Shown here piece after piece: positions 1-9,662 of a DNA stretch of 64,000 nucleotides. The stretch's first letter is position 1, and the number at the start of each line of letters is the position of its first letter. The stretch spans positions 1,245-65,244 of the forward strand of contig CALXVQ010000005.1 of assembly GCA_944392135.1 (NCBI GenBank). The letters run 5' to 3'. The DNA comes from an uncultured Rickettsiales bacterium (GTDB lineage Bacteria > Pseudomonadota > Alphaproteobacteria > Rickettsiales > UBA1997). A program made the position numbers and the translations under genes. A model generated the notes under the pieces. That model was not told the DNA's origin, ran no database searches, and worked only from the letters and a program-made list of their open reading frames with translations.

Positions 1-30
1 TTTTAAATTATTATTTTTTGACATAATTAA

Positions 31-843
31 TTAAAATATATTATTACTAAACATAACAACTAATGCCATTACTGGTGCAACGAATGTTAAACCATCAATT
101 CTATCTAAAATACCACCATGTCCTGGTATTATATTTCCACTATCTTTTACTTCAAAATGTCTTTTAAATTTTGATTCTGTTAAATCACCAATTTGTTCAA
201 GAACTGACATAAAAGCAGCAAAAATAATAAAAAATGTAGCTGTTTGATTAAATACAACAGAACTTAGCAAACCAACAAACATAGATGCAAGCACACCACC
301 AATAGCACCAGACCAAGTTTTTTTAGGACTAATTGTAGGAGCTAATTTTGGTCCACCAACATTTTTACCAACCAATAAAGCTGCAATATCAGTTGCCCAT
401 AAAATCAAAAATAACCAAAATACAATGTCAGAACCATTTTCTTGACTTTTAATATAAATCAAAGAACTCAAAGGAATTAATATATATGCTAAACCAGCAA
501 TTTTCCAAAAATTTCCCTTTTCTTCTTTTTTATTCATAATTGTAGTCCATTCATTTGACATAAGAATAGCTACAAATACTACAAAAATATTAAATATTAT
601 TTTAGGACTATAAATTAAGAAAATTGCAATAGGTAATAAAACTATTGATGTTAAAAATCTTGTTTTTAAATAATCTGGTAATTTATCAATATATTTTTTA
701 AATATATTTTCTGTACCTTCAACTTTATCTTTTACCTCATTAGTAAAATTTTCTACACTTTCTTTAACATTTTGCGCAACTTCTTTAACACTTTCTTTTG
801 TGCTATCAAGTTTTTCTCCTAAATTATTTTTATTTTCCACCAT
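31..843 (-). CDS. cdsA: phosphatidate cytidylyltransferase (CDP-diglyceride synthase)
   Basis: C-terminal signature SKFKRHFEVKDSGNIIPGHGGILDRIDG plus multiple TM helices. Conserved frr-uppS-cdsA order. A ~60-aa hydrophilic N-terminal extension precedes the first TM helix, so the true start could be internal. Confidence 0.85.
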   Translation of the reverse strand: MVENKNNLGEKLDSTKESVKEVAQNVKESVENFTNEVKDKVEGTENIFKKYIDKLPDYLKTRFLTSIVLLPIAIFLIYSPKIIFNIFVVFVAILMSNEWTTIMNKKEEKGNFWKIAGLAYILIPLSSLIYIKSQENGSDIVFWLFLILWATDIAALLVGKNVGGPKLAPTISPKKTWSGAIGGVLASMFVGLLSSVVFNQTATFFIIFAAFMSVLEQIGDLTESKFKRHFEVKDSGNIIPGHGGILDRIDGLTFVAPVMALVVMFSNNIF

Positions 844-1540
844 ATCTTCTCTCCCTTGTATTAAAATTATTAATAATATTTTTTAACAATTCTTTACTAA
901 AATCTGGCCAATATATTTCAGTAAAATAAAATTCACTATAAGCTATTTCCCATAATAAATAATTACTAATTCTGTAATCACCACCTGGCCTTATCATTAA
1001 ATCTGGATCTGGAATATTACCATAATATAAATTTTCTTTGAACAGTTCTTCATTTATATCTTCAATATCTATTTTACCATTTTTTACTGCATTAGCTATT
1101 TTCTTTGTTGTGTCTAGAATTTCCTTTCTACCACCATAATTAAAGGCAATATTTAATTGTATTTTATTATTATTTTTTGTGTATTCTTCAATATTTCTAA
1201 TTTTTGCAAGTATATCTTTATTTATATTGTCTTCTGCTCCAATCATTTTAACTTTAACACCACTTTTATAAAATTCATCTTTTTTTGCAGATAAATAATT
1301 ATTTAATAAAGACATAATATCATCAACTTCTTCTTTACTTCTCTTCCAATTTTCAGTGGAAAAAGCATAAACAGTTAAATATTTGATATTAAACTCAATA
1401 CACCATTTTACAAAGTTGCTAAGTTTTTCAGCACCAGCTTTATGTCCATCTTTAACACTAACACCATTTTCCTTAGCCCATCTACGATTGCCATCCATTA
1501 TAATAGCTAAATGTTTTAAATTTGTATTATTTTCTACCAT
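830..1540 (-). CDS. uppS: undecaprenyl diphosphate synthase (cis-prenyltransferase)
   Basis: HLAIIMDGNRRWA near the N-terminus and IRPGGDYRISNYLLWEIAYSEFYF near the C-terminus. Overlaps cdsA by 14 nt. Confidence 0.9.
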   Translation of the reverse strand: MVENNTNLKHLAIIMDGNRRWAKENGVSVKDGHKAGAEKLSNFVKWCIEFNIKYLTVYAFSTENWKRSKEEVDDIMSLLNNYLSAKKDEFYKSGVKVKMIGAEDNINKDILAKIRNIEEYTKNNNKIQLNIAFNYGGRKEILDTTKKIANAVKNGKIDIEDINEELFKENLYYGNIPDPDLMIRPGGDYRISNYLLWEIAYSEFYFTEIYWPDFSKELLKNIINNFNTRERRYGGK

Positions 1541-1552
1541 AATAATTATTTA

Positions 1553-2101
1553 TTATATTTTCATTATTTCTGCTTCTTTTTCAGAAACCATAGTATCAAT
1601 TTTTTTAATAAAATCATCAGTTAATGTTTGTATTTTATCGTTAAACTTTTTTACATCGTCTTCCGAAAATTCACTTTTTTTCTTTTTAATTTCATCTATT
1701 GCATCTCTTCTATCATTTCTAATGGAAACTTTTTTATCTTCACCATATTTTTTAACAAGTTTAGATAATTCCTTTCTTCTTTCTTCTGTAAGTTTAGGAA
1801 CATTAATTCTAATAATTGGGCCATCAACTTTTGGTGTAAAACCTAAATTAGCAGCAATAATTGCTTTTTCAATAGGAGATACCATACTTTTATCCCAAGG
1901 TTGAATAGTAATAGTTGATGCATCTGAAACAGAAATATTTGAAACTTGATTAATTGGCATGAAACTACCATAAGATTCAACTCTAACTGTATCTAATAAA
2001 CTTGGTGTAGCTCTACCAGTAGAAACACTATTTAAATCTTTTTTTAAAGATTCAATAGCTTTATTCATATTTTCTTGTGCTTTATTAAATGAAATATCCA
2101 T
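1553..2101 (-). CDS. frr: ribosome recycling factor
   Basis: 182 aa with full-length RRF-like sequence (VRVESYGSFMPINQVSNISV, LTEERRKELSKLVKK). Synteny with uppS and cdsA. Confidence 0.9.
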   Translation of the reverse strand: MDISFNKAQENMNKAIESLKKDLNSVSTGRATPSLLDTVRVESYGSFMPINQVSNISVSDASTITIQPWDKSMVSPIEKAIIAANLGFTPKVDGPIIRINVPKLTEERRKELSKLVKKYGEDKKVSIRNDRRDAIDEIKKKKSEFSEDDVKKFNDKIQTLTDDFIKKIDTMVSEKEAEIMKI

Positions 2102-2264
2102 AATTATTTATATTATTTAAAATCATACTTATAATTTATATCTAATATTAAAAGTGTCAATAAAAAAATCATTTTTCAATCTCAAAAATCTTTAATATTA
2201 TCTTGACATTTTTATTATTTATATTTTTAATTACTTATATAATAATAAACTTTTAATTAAATTA

Positions 2265-3125
2265 ATGAAAATATTTTTGCAAAATTTACAATATCAAAAT
2301 TTTACTAAAAAAGTATCCCCCCCCCCCCTCAAACTTTTAGGTTATAATTTATTCAAACAAATAAAATTTAAAAAAATAATATATAAAAATATTTTAGCTT
2401 TTTCATTAATTGAACTGTCAGTAGTTTTAATAATTATTGGGCTTTTAGTTGCTGGTATAAGTGGAGGAGCTAGTCTTATTGAATCCGCAAAAAAAAGAGC
2501 TTTTTTAAATGAAATAAATAGTTATAAACAAGCATTTTTAGCATTTTATGCAAAAAATAGAAGATATCCGGGCGATATAAACAATATTGGTTTTACTGGT
2601 CTTGGTTCAGGACAAACATATAATGCGAATTCCTTTCCTTTTCCATATGATGGTACAGATACAGCAAACAATCATTATATACCAGATAATGTATATGGAC
2701 CATTTGTAGATATGTATTTAGATAAAACACTTGATTTTGAACCAAAAGGACAAGCTAATTCAACAAATCCAGCATTTTATACTACTAACATACAAACAGT
2801 ACCATTTTCTAAAACATTTACAAATATGTTTATATATTATGAAAAATGTCATGATGATAATATAAAAAATGAAAAATATTCAAAATATGATTTTAATGAT
2901 ATACAAACAGTTGTTATAAGATATCCAAATATTGCAACATTAGATAAAAACAAAAGAATACCGCATTTTATGAAAGATATAGATATTAAAACTGACGATG
3001 GTAAATATAATGCCGGTTCTATTAGATCTTCTTGTGGTGGCAAAAATCCATTTGCATATAATTCTTATGACGAAGCAATAGAAAGAAATGCTACTTGCGA
3101 TGTAAATTTTTTTAAGATTTTATAA
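2265..3125 (+). CDS. type IV pilin / T2SS pseudopilin-like protein (paralogue 1)
   Basis: Prepilin-type N-terminal methylation motif A|FSLIELSVVLIIIGLLVAG, followed by a GspG-like ESAKKRAFLNEINSYKQAF..YPGD segment. The only ATG upstream of the motif is at 2265. This gives an unusually long 45-aa leader that contains the poly-C tract. Confidence 0.6.
   Translation: MKIFLQNLQYQNFTKKVSPPPLKLLGYNLFKQIKFKKIIYKNILAFSLIELSVVLIIIGLLVAGISGGASLIESAKKRAFLNEINSYKQAFLAFYAKNRRYPGDINNIGFTGLGSGQTYNANSFPFPYDGTDTANNHYIPDNVYGPFVDMYLDKTLDFEPKGQANSTNPAFYTTNIQTVPFSKTFTNMFIYYEKCHDDNIKNEKYSKYDFNDIQTVVIRYPNIATLDKNKRIPHFMKDIDIKTDDGKYNAGSIRSSCGGKNPFAYNSYDEAIERNATCDVNFFKIL
2317..2328 (+). repeat. C12 homopolymer inside the 5' end of the pilin-like ORF (encodes S-PPP-L)
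   Basis: Counted directly: 12 consecutive C at 2317-2328. I saw no other long G/C run in this AT-rich window. Confidence 0.95.
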
Positions 3126-3129
3126 GAAA

Positions 3130-4551
3130 TTAAATCATTTTTTCAATACTATGAATAGCATTAAGAATTTCTGCATTGCTTTGTAATTCTTTCTCTATTT
3201 TATTACAAGCAAAAATAACTGTTGCATGATTTTTATTGGCAAATTCTCTACCAATTTCTGGATAACTTTTTTTAGTAATTTTTTTTGCTAAATAAAAAGC
3301 AACTTGTCGCGGAAGAGAATATTTTCTATCTCTCTTGTCAGATAATAATTCTGTTTTTGTAATTTTAAAAAATTCAGCAACTTTTTGTTGTATTTTGTCA
3401 ATAGTGATAACTTTTTTATTTGCATTTAAGGTATCTTTTAATATTTTTTTAGCAACATCTAATGTTATAATTTCATTATTAATAAACTTTTGATGTACTA
3501 ATAACTTTTTAATAACTCCTTCAATATCTCTATTGGTTGTTGTAATATTTTCAGCAATATATTCAAAAACTTCTTCTTTACATTGTAAACCAAGAACTTC
3601 TGCTTTTTTCTTAGCCAATTCTAATCTCATACTGTAATCAGGTTTTAAAATATCAACCACAATACCAGAAGACATTCTTGATTTTAATTGAATATCAATA
3701 TTTTCCATATTATCAGGAGCTTTATTACAAGCTAAAATAATTTTTTTATTATCACTTAATAATGTATTAAATGTATAAAAAAATTCTTTTTGTGTTCCAT
3801 CTTTACCAGCTATAAATTGTATATCATCAATTAACAAAATATCTATATTTCTAAATTTATCTTTAAATGCATTAATATCTTTATTTTGTAATGATTGAAC
3901 GAATAAAAACATAAATTTTTCAGCTGTTAAATATACTACATTTTTATCTTTATATTTTTCTTGAAATTCCCAAGCCATAGCTTGCATTAAATGAGTTTTA
4001 CCCAAGCCAACTTCACTATATAAGAAAAATGGGTTTACATCAAAACCAAGATCTTCATTATTTATAATTGATTTTGCAACAGAGTAAGCAAGTTTATTAG
4101 AATCACCTACTACATAATTATCAAAAGTATATAATTTATTTAATTCTGTACCTATTGTATATACATTATCATGTTGAGAAATACTAACAACATTATTATT
4201 ATTGTTATTTTCTGTGTTTTGTTTAATTGTGTCATCAACAATAATTTCAATATCTTTTATATTAAATTTTTCTAATAATATTTGTTTAATCCCTTTCTCA
4301 ATAAAAACATATTTACCATCTATTTTTCTTTTTTTGCCATTTAAAAATTCCTTAGTAATCCATTCTTTAATAAAATATGTTTCTACTGACATACATAATG
4401 TATTTGAATTATATGATACAAAATTTAATTTAGATAACCAGCTATTATATATTTTATCACCAAATTCATTATGCAATGAATCTTTTATATTTTCCCACTC
4501 TAAATTACTATCTACTTCTAACACTTCTATTAATAAAAAAATTAATAACAC
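3130..4551 (-). CDS. dnaA: chromosomal replication initiator protein DnaA
   Basis: AAA+ Walker A GLGKTHLMQA, Walker B LLIDDIQF and a C-terminal DNA-binding domain (RQVAFYLAKKIT..SYPEIGREFANKNHATVIFA). The ORF starts at a GTG at 4551. An internal GTG about 9 codons downstream (giving MLEVDSNLEWENI) is an equally plausible start. Confidence 0.9.
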   Translation of the reverse strand: MLLIFLLIEVLEVDSNLEWENIKDSLHNEFGDKIYNSWLSKLNFVSYNSNTLCMSVETYFIKEWITKEFLNGKKRKIDGKYVFIEKGIKQILLEKFNIKDIEIIVDDTIKQNTENNNNNNVVSISQHDNVYTIGTELNKLYTFDNYVVGDSNKLAYSVAKSIINNEDLGFDVNPFFLYSEVGLGKTHLMQAMAWEFQEKYKDKNVVYLTAEKFMFLFVQSLQNKDINAFKDKFRNIDILLIDDIQFIAGKDGTQKEFFYTFNTLLSDNKKIILACNKAPDNMENIDIQLKSRMSSGIVVDILKPDYSMRLELAKKKAEVLGLQCKEEVFEYIAENITTTNRDIEGVIKKLLVHQKFINNEIITLDVAKKILKDTLNANKKVITIDKIQQKVAEFFKITKTELLSDKRDRKYSLPRQVAFYLAKKITKKSYPEIGREFANKNHATVIFACNKIEKELQSNAEILNAIHSIEKMI

Positions 4552-4882
4552 ACAACAAACACATCATACAAATGTACAATGTTTACTAAATCTCCCCATA
4601 AATTATTTAATTTTCCGAACTCTCCCACTTATATTATTAAGATAGATTTTTAATAAGTAAAGTACAAAATTTTAATAAAAAGCAAAAAAATTACTTGACA
4701 CAAAACAAATCTAAACTTTTGATATGTTTAAATTTTGTCAAGAAAAAAAATATTTTTTTTCTTAAAATAAATACTTATTTTTCAATACTTTATATATTTT
4801 ATTAATAATTATATTTTTTCTTTTTTATTGCTATTTATTTTTATAATGATATTTTTATATTAAATAGATAAAACTTAAAGTT

Positions 4883-6214
4883 ATGGATTATATAAATAAA
4901 GGTGTTGATAATATAAAAAGCACATTAGAAGGCATTAAAACTACAATGTCTAATATAATGGATGTATTAGGAACTATTGGTGATATTATAGGAACTATTG
5001 CCGAAATTCTTGGTTTTATTGGCCTTAAAGTTTTTTTACTATTACTAGCTACAAGCTTTACTATGTGGCTATTAAATTTAATTTCACCAGTAAATCGTAA
5101 AATTAATTATTTTGTTTCTGTTATTTTGGTTATATGGTTTGCTATTACTATAAATATGCCATTTCAAATAGTTATTTTAAAATATATACTTATTATTTTG
5201 TCTCCATTTATTTTAGTATATCTTGTAAATTTATTAATAAAATTAGGAAAAATTATTTATGATACATTAAAAGTATATATTAAAAAAATTGATTTATCTA
5301 TTTTAAGAAAGAAAATTCAAAAATTAAACGAAAATGATAATATTGCTTTATTATTTACAACTGACTTACCAACATTACAAGACATAGAAGACTCAAAATC
5401 ATTTATAAAAAATTTAAAATATAATTTATCAATTTTAGAAAATGAAAAAATAGCTCTTACTGATAGTCAAAAAAGAATCATTTTTTCTAATGAACTAAAA
5501 TTATCACAATTTATAAAATCCTCAAAGTCAAAAGATATTAAATTATTATGGTTTTGGTCTCAATCTTATAAAACAAATGAATTATTAGAACAACTAAAAA
5601 CAATTGAAAAAATTAAACAAAGTAAAGATATTATTGGTTGTGGTGATAATAGCTATATATTAAATTTTTTACAAAATAAATGGAATTGGTCTGTAATTTA
5701 TGGAAAAAATTTTAAAGATTTTATAAAAACAGAAATAAAAGAAGATTTTGATTTATCAAATTATATATTTAATCAAAATAATTTTGAATTAAATTTAATA
5801 AACAATTTTAACCTTCCTGAAAATTATTTCTTAAAATCAAATATGGTAGGAAGCGATTTAAGTGTGCTTACAAGTACTATTGGCACATCTAATTTTTTAA
5901 CTTTTAAAAATGATATTTTATTTTTAAGTTGCGATTTCAAAACTTCCAAAAGATTTTATAGAGAATTTTTGCAATTAATCAATTTTATAATAGATAAAAA
6001 ATATCAACCACAAGCTATTATAATTAATAATCTATTTAAAAAAGATGTATATTATTTTACTAACATTATACAATCTTGTAATAAATATTTAAAAGATAAT
6101 AAAATAGATATTCCTGTTTTTGAAATTAAAAATATGAACTTTATAAGATTAAATACTAAATATACAATTGAATTTAAAGAAAATAAAATAATATTAAAAT
6201 TATTAACAAAATAA
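4883..6214 (+). CDS. hypothetical membrane protein (N-terminal TM block, about 300-aa soluble C-terminal domain)
   Basis: Long uninterrupted ORF with several hydrophobic helices in aa ~40-125. I recognise no family motif. Confidence 0.5.
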   Translation: MDYINKGVDNIKSTLEGIKTTMSNIMDVLGTIGDIIGTIAEILGFIGLKVFLLLLATSFTMWLLNLISPVNRKINYFVSVILVIWFAITINMPFQIVILKYILIILSPFILVYLVNLLIKLGKIIYDTLKVYIKKIDLSILRKKIQKLNENDNIALLFTTDLPTLQDIEDSKSFIKNLKYNLSILENEKIALTDSQKRIIFSNELKLSQFIKSSKSKDIKLLWFWSQSYKTNELLEQLKTIEKIKQSKDIIGCGDNSYILNFLQNKWNWSVIYGKNFKDFIKTEIKEDFDLSNYIFNQNNFELNLINNFNLPENYFLKSNMVGSDLSVLTSTIGTSNFLTFKNDILFLSCDFKTSKRFYREFLQLINFIIDKKYQPQAIIINNLFKKDVYYFTNIIQSCNKYLKDNKIDIPVFEIKNMNFIRLNTKYTIEFKENKIILKLLTK

Positions 6215-7498
6215 TTATTTATTATTTAATTTTTTTCTTAATGTTTCCCAATAATCAATTCTTTTTTTAATTTCTCTTTCAAAACCCCTTTCATTAGGAG
6301 TATAGAAAGTTCTTCTAGGAAATTCTGCTGGAAAATAATTCTGCCCTGAAAAGCAATTAGGAGTGTCATGATCATAAATATAACCTTCATTATAACCTAA
6401 TTCTTTCATTACTTTTGTAGGGGCATTTAATATATGTTTTGGTGGATTATAAGAGTGTCCTTTAACAGCATTCATTACGTCAATAAAAGCAAGTTCACCA
6501 GAATTAGATTTAGGGCAATTAGCTAGATAAATTACAAGATTAGTAATAGCAATATCACCTTCTGGACTTCCTAATAAATCATAAGCTTGTCTAGCATTAA
6601 TTGCTTGAACCAATGCATTAGGATCTGCCATACCTATATCTTCCATAGCCATTCTTGTAAGTCTTCTAAAAAGATAATGAGGATCTTCGCCGGCAATCAT
6701 CATTCTAGCACACCAATACAAGGCAGCTTGCACATCAGAACCCCTAACAGATTTATGTAAGGCACTAATTAAATTATAATGTCCGTCCCTTGATTTATCA
6801 TAATTTGCAGTTTTTCTTTGTAAAAAATTTAATAATTCATCACTATTTAATTCTTTTTTTAAATTAGAATTAAATAATTCTTCACACATATTCAATAAAT
6901 ACCTTCCATCGGAACCAGAAATATCGCATAAAGTTTTTCTAGCATCTTCTGTAATTTTTAATTTTTTACCTTCTTTTTCTTCTGCTCTTTCAATTAATTT
7001 TAACAAAGCTTCTTGATCTAATGAATTAAAAATTATTAAACGACATCTTGATAATAATGCAGAATTTAATTCAAATGAAGGATTTTCAGTAGTTGCACCA
7101 ATTAAAGTAATTGTTCCATTTTCAATATATGGCAAAAATAAGTCTTGTTGATTTCTTTTAAAACAATGTATTTCATCAACTAATAAAATTGTGGCTCTAC
7201 CATCTTTTTTTAATTTTTCAGCTTTTTCAAAAACATGTCTTAAATCACTAGCACCACTATTTGTAGCAGATAATATTTCCACTTGTAGTCCACTCTTTTT
7301 TGCCAATAGTTTAGCAGTTGTAGTTTTACCACAACCTGCCGGCCCCCATAATATCATAGAAGGAATTTTTCCACTATTGATTATTCTAGTAATAATACCA
7401 TTTTCATTAAATAAATGATCTTGTCCGGTGATTAAACTAAAATCATCTGGCCTAATTCTATCAGCAAGTGGTTGTGTTTTATTATCTTCAAAAAGCAT
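6215..7498 (-). CDS. rarA: replication-associated recombination protein A (AAA+ ATPase)
   Basis: PLADRIRP..GQDHL N-terminus, Walker A GPAGCGKTT, Walker B LLVDEIHCF and the C-terminal MgsA domain (HYNLISALHKSVRGSDVQAALYW). Confidence 0.9.
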   Translation of the reverse strand: MLFEDNKTQPLADRIRPDDFSLITGQDHLFNENGIITRIINSGKIPSMILWGPAGCGKTTTAKLLAKKSGLQVEILSATNSGASDLRHVFEKAEKLKKDGRATILLVDEIHCFKRNQQDLFLPYIENGTITLIGATTENPSFELNSALLSRCRLIIFNSLDQEALLKLIERAEEKEGKKLKITEDARKTLCDISGSDGRYLLNMCEELFNSNLKKELNSDELLNFLQRKTANYDKSRDGHYNLISALHKSVRGSDVQAALYWCARMMIAGEDPHYLFRRLTRMAMEDIGMADPNALVQAINARQAYDLLGSPEGDIAITNLVIYLANCPKSNSGELAFIDVMNAVKGHSYNPPKHILNAPTKVMKELGYNEGYIYDHDTPNCFSGQNYFPAEFPRRTFYTPNERGFEREIKKRIDYWETLRKKLNNK

Positions 7499-7593
7499 AT
7501 TAAAATTTAAAAAGTATATACAATTATACTATTTTTATATTATTATTTTGCAATAGTAAAATATACTAAAAAGTATACTTTACTATTATTTAA

Positions 7594-8961
7594 TTATGAT
7601 AATTTAGATTTAATTTTAGCAACTATATCATCAACTATATTATTCATAAGTTTTTCATCCGTACTTTCAACCATAACTCTAATTAAAGGTTGAGTTCCTG
7701 ATTTTCTAATTAATAATCGGCCATTTCCTTTTAATTTCTCTTCACAAGAAGAAATAAAATCTTTTACTTCTTGATTTTCTAGTGGATTAGCTTGTGTTTT
7801 ATCATATTCAACATTTTTCATTAATTGTGGAACAGATTTATATAATTCAACTAATTCACTAATTTTTTTCTTTTCATAAGCTAAAATACTTAATACTTGT
7901 AAAGCAACAAGCACACCATCACCAGTTGTTGAATAATCGCCTAAAATAATATGCCCAGATTGTTCGCCACCTATATTATAACCATTCTTTCTCATTTCTT
8001 CTGCAACATACCTATCACCAACTTGTGTTCTAACAACATCAAGTCCTAATGAATTCAAATATTTTTCAAGTCCCAAATTAGACATTTGTGTAACAACAAC
8101 AGTATTTCCCATTAATTCACCAGTTGATAACATTTTTTTTGCAATTAAAGCAATAATCTTATCACCATCAATTTCTTGTCCTTTTTCATCAACAATAATA
8201 ATTCTGTCAGCATCTCCATCAAGGGCAATACCTAAATCAGCACCTTTTTCAACTACTAAACTTTGTAATTTTTTAATATCTGTTGAGCCACATTCTTTGT
8301 TAATATTTATACCATCAGGTTGATTTCCTATTACAAATAATTCAGCTCCTAATTCACCAAGTACTGTTGGAGCAATTTTATAAGATGCGCCGTTAGCACA
8401 ATCTAATGCAATTTTAATACCATCAAGAGTTAATTTTCTAGGAAATGTAGATTTTAAAAATTGTATATATCTTTGTTGATATAAACTATGTTCTGACACA
8501 GTCCTTTTTCCTATTTTGTCATCACTAGCTAAATATTTTTCATATTCGCCACTTTCTAAACATTCTTCAATTTCTTTTTCAATATCATCGGGAAATTTTA
8601 TACCGCTAGCATTAAATAATTTAATACCATTATCATAATATGGATTATGAGAAGCAGAAATAACAATACCAATATCTGCTTTCATTGATTTTGTAAGCAT
8701 AGCAACACCGGGTGTTGGTATAGGTCCTAATAATAATACATCAATACCAACAGCATTTAAACCAGCGGCCAATGCATCTTCAATCATATAACCAGATAAT
8801 CTAGTATCCTTTCCAATAACAATATTATTTCTATGACCTTCGTGTTTTAAAACAGCACCAATAGCCATACCAATTTTTGAAATCATATCAACAGTTAAAG
8901 GATATTTATTTGCTCTACCTCTAATACCATCAGTACCAAATAGCTTCTTACTCATATACAA
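7594..8961 (-). CDS. glmM: phosphoglucosamine mutase
   Basis: LFGTDGIRG N-terminus, active-site SASHNPYYDNGIK, metal site DGDADR and GEQSGHII. Confidence 0.9.
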   Translation of the reverse strand: MYMSKKLFGTDGIRGRANKYPLTVDMISKIGMAIGAVLKHEGHRNNIVIGKDTRLSGYMIEDALAAGLNAVGIDVLLLGPIPTPGVAMLTKSMKADIGIVISASHNPYYDNGIKLFNASGIKFPDDIEKEIEECLESGEYEKYLASDDKIGKRTVSEHSLYQQRYIQFLKSTFPRKLTLDGIKIALDCANGASYKIAPTVLGELGAELFVIGNQPDGININKECGSTDIKKLQSLVVEKGADLGIALDGDADRIIIVDEKGQEIDGDKIIALIAKKMLSTGELMGNTVVVTQMSNLGLEKYLNSLGLDVVRTQVGDRYVAEEMRKNGYNIGGEQSGHIILGDYSTTGDGVLVALQVLSILAYEKKKISELVELYKSVPQLMKNVEYDKTQANPLENQEVKDFISSCEEKLKGNGRLLIRKSGTQPLIRVMVESTDEKLMNNIVDDIVAKIKSKLS

Positions 8962-9050
8962 ATAATAAAATTAAAACTAACAAAAATTCTACTACAAAAG
9001 ATTTATAAAAGTAAATACTTAAATTATTTCAATATATGACAAAATTTATA

Positions 9051-9662
9051 TTACTTTATATGTATAAAGCTTTTTCTATGATATTTGCAAAGACCATATT
9101 TTTTAATAGCTTCTAAATGTTCTTTTGTACCATAACCTTTATTATTTTTCCAATTATATTGTGGATATTCTTTATCCATAATTTTTAATAAATTATCCCT
9201 ACTAACTTTTGCAATAATAGAAGCAGTAGCTATTGATATACTTTTTTGATCTCCTTTAATAACATATTCAGCTGGTTTATCAATATCTGGAATAAAATTT
9301 CCATCAACAATTATATAATCAATACTTATTAAATATTTTGATAATAAATTTTCATATGCTCTTTTCATTGCTAATTTTGTAGCATTTCTAATATTTATAT
9401 TTTCAATTTCTTCTACACTGGCTGTACCAATACCAAAAAAAATTTTACCTTGTTTTTCTAAATCTAGTATTTCATTAAAAATTTCTTCTCTAACTTTTTC
9501 TGTCAGTTTTTTTGAATCATTAACTTTTTTAGGATAATATTTTTTATTTACAACAACACAACTAGCAAACACAGGTCCACACAAAGGCCCCCTGCCTGCT
9601 TCATCAATACCAGCGATAACCTTATTAATATAAGTATTTTCTATATCAAAACTAGGATACAT
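9051..9662 (-). CDS. rnhB: ribonuclease HII
   Basis: GIDEAGRGPLCGPV catalytic motif. 203 aa. Overlaps addA by 11 nt. Confidence 0.9.
   Translation of the reverse strand: MYPSFDIENTYINKVIAGIDEAGRGPLCGPVFASCVVVNKKYYPKKVNDSKKLTEKVREEIFNEILDLEKQGKIFFGIGTASVEEIENINIRNATKLAMKRAYENLLSKYLISIDYIIVDGNFIPDIDKPAEYVIKGDQKSISIATASIIAKVSRDNLLKIMDKEYPQYNWKNNKGYGTKEHLEAIKKYGLCKYHRKSFIHIK

Noticed and set aside
830-1540. uppS and cdsA both start with ATGGTRGAAAATAA (MVEN...)
   Set aside because: The shared start is only 14 nt of A-rich sequence. That is too short to distinguish from chance in this composition, and there is no further similarity.
1383-1904. 173-aa plus-strand ORF overlapping uppS and frr
   Set aside because: It is antisense to two strongly supported genes. 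Its composition is low-complexity Ser/Leu/Ile/Phe, typical of the reverse frame of AT-rich genes. The same reasoning applies to 2849-3043, 4202-4645, 7191-7418, 10148-10354, 12938-13147, 16696-16941, 18710-18976, 23703-23894, 25007-25255, 26328-26534, 29744-29932, 32852-33160, 40932-41123, 48513-48698, 51395-51580, 50941-51135, 53677-53964, 58945-59244, 59439-59645 and 62014-62382.
4552-4882. oriC in the dnaA upstream spacer
   Set aside because: The spacer is AT-rich, but I found no convincing TTATCCACA-type DnaA boxes; the best candidates have three or more mismatches. Gene orientation does not switch around dnaA. In many alphaproteobacteria oriC is not next to dnaA. I cannot support an origin call from sequence alone.
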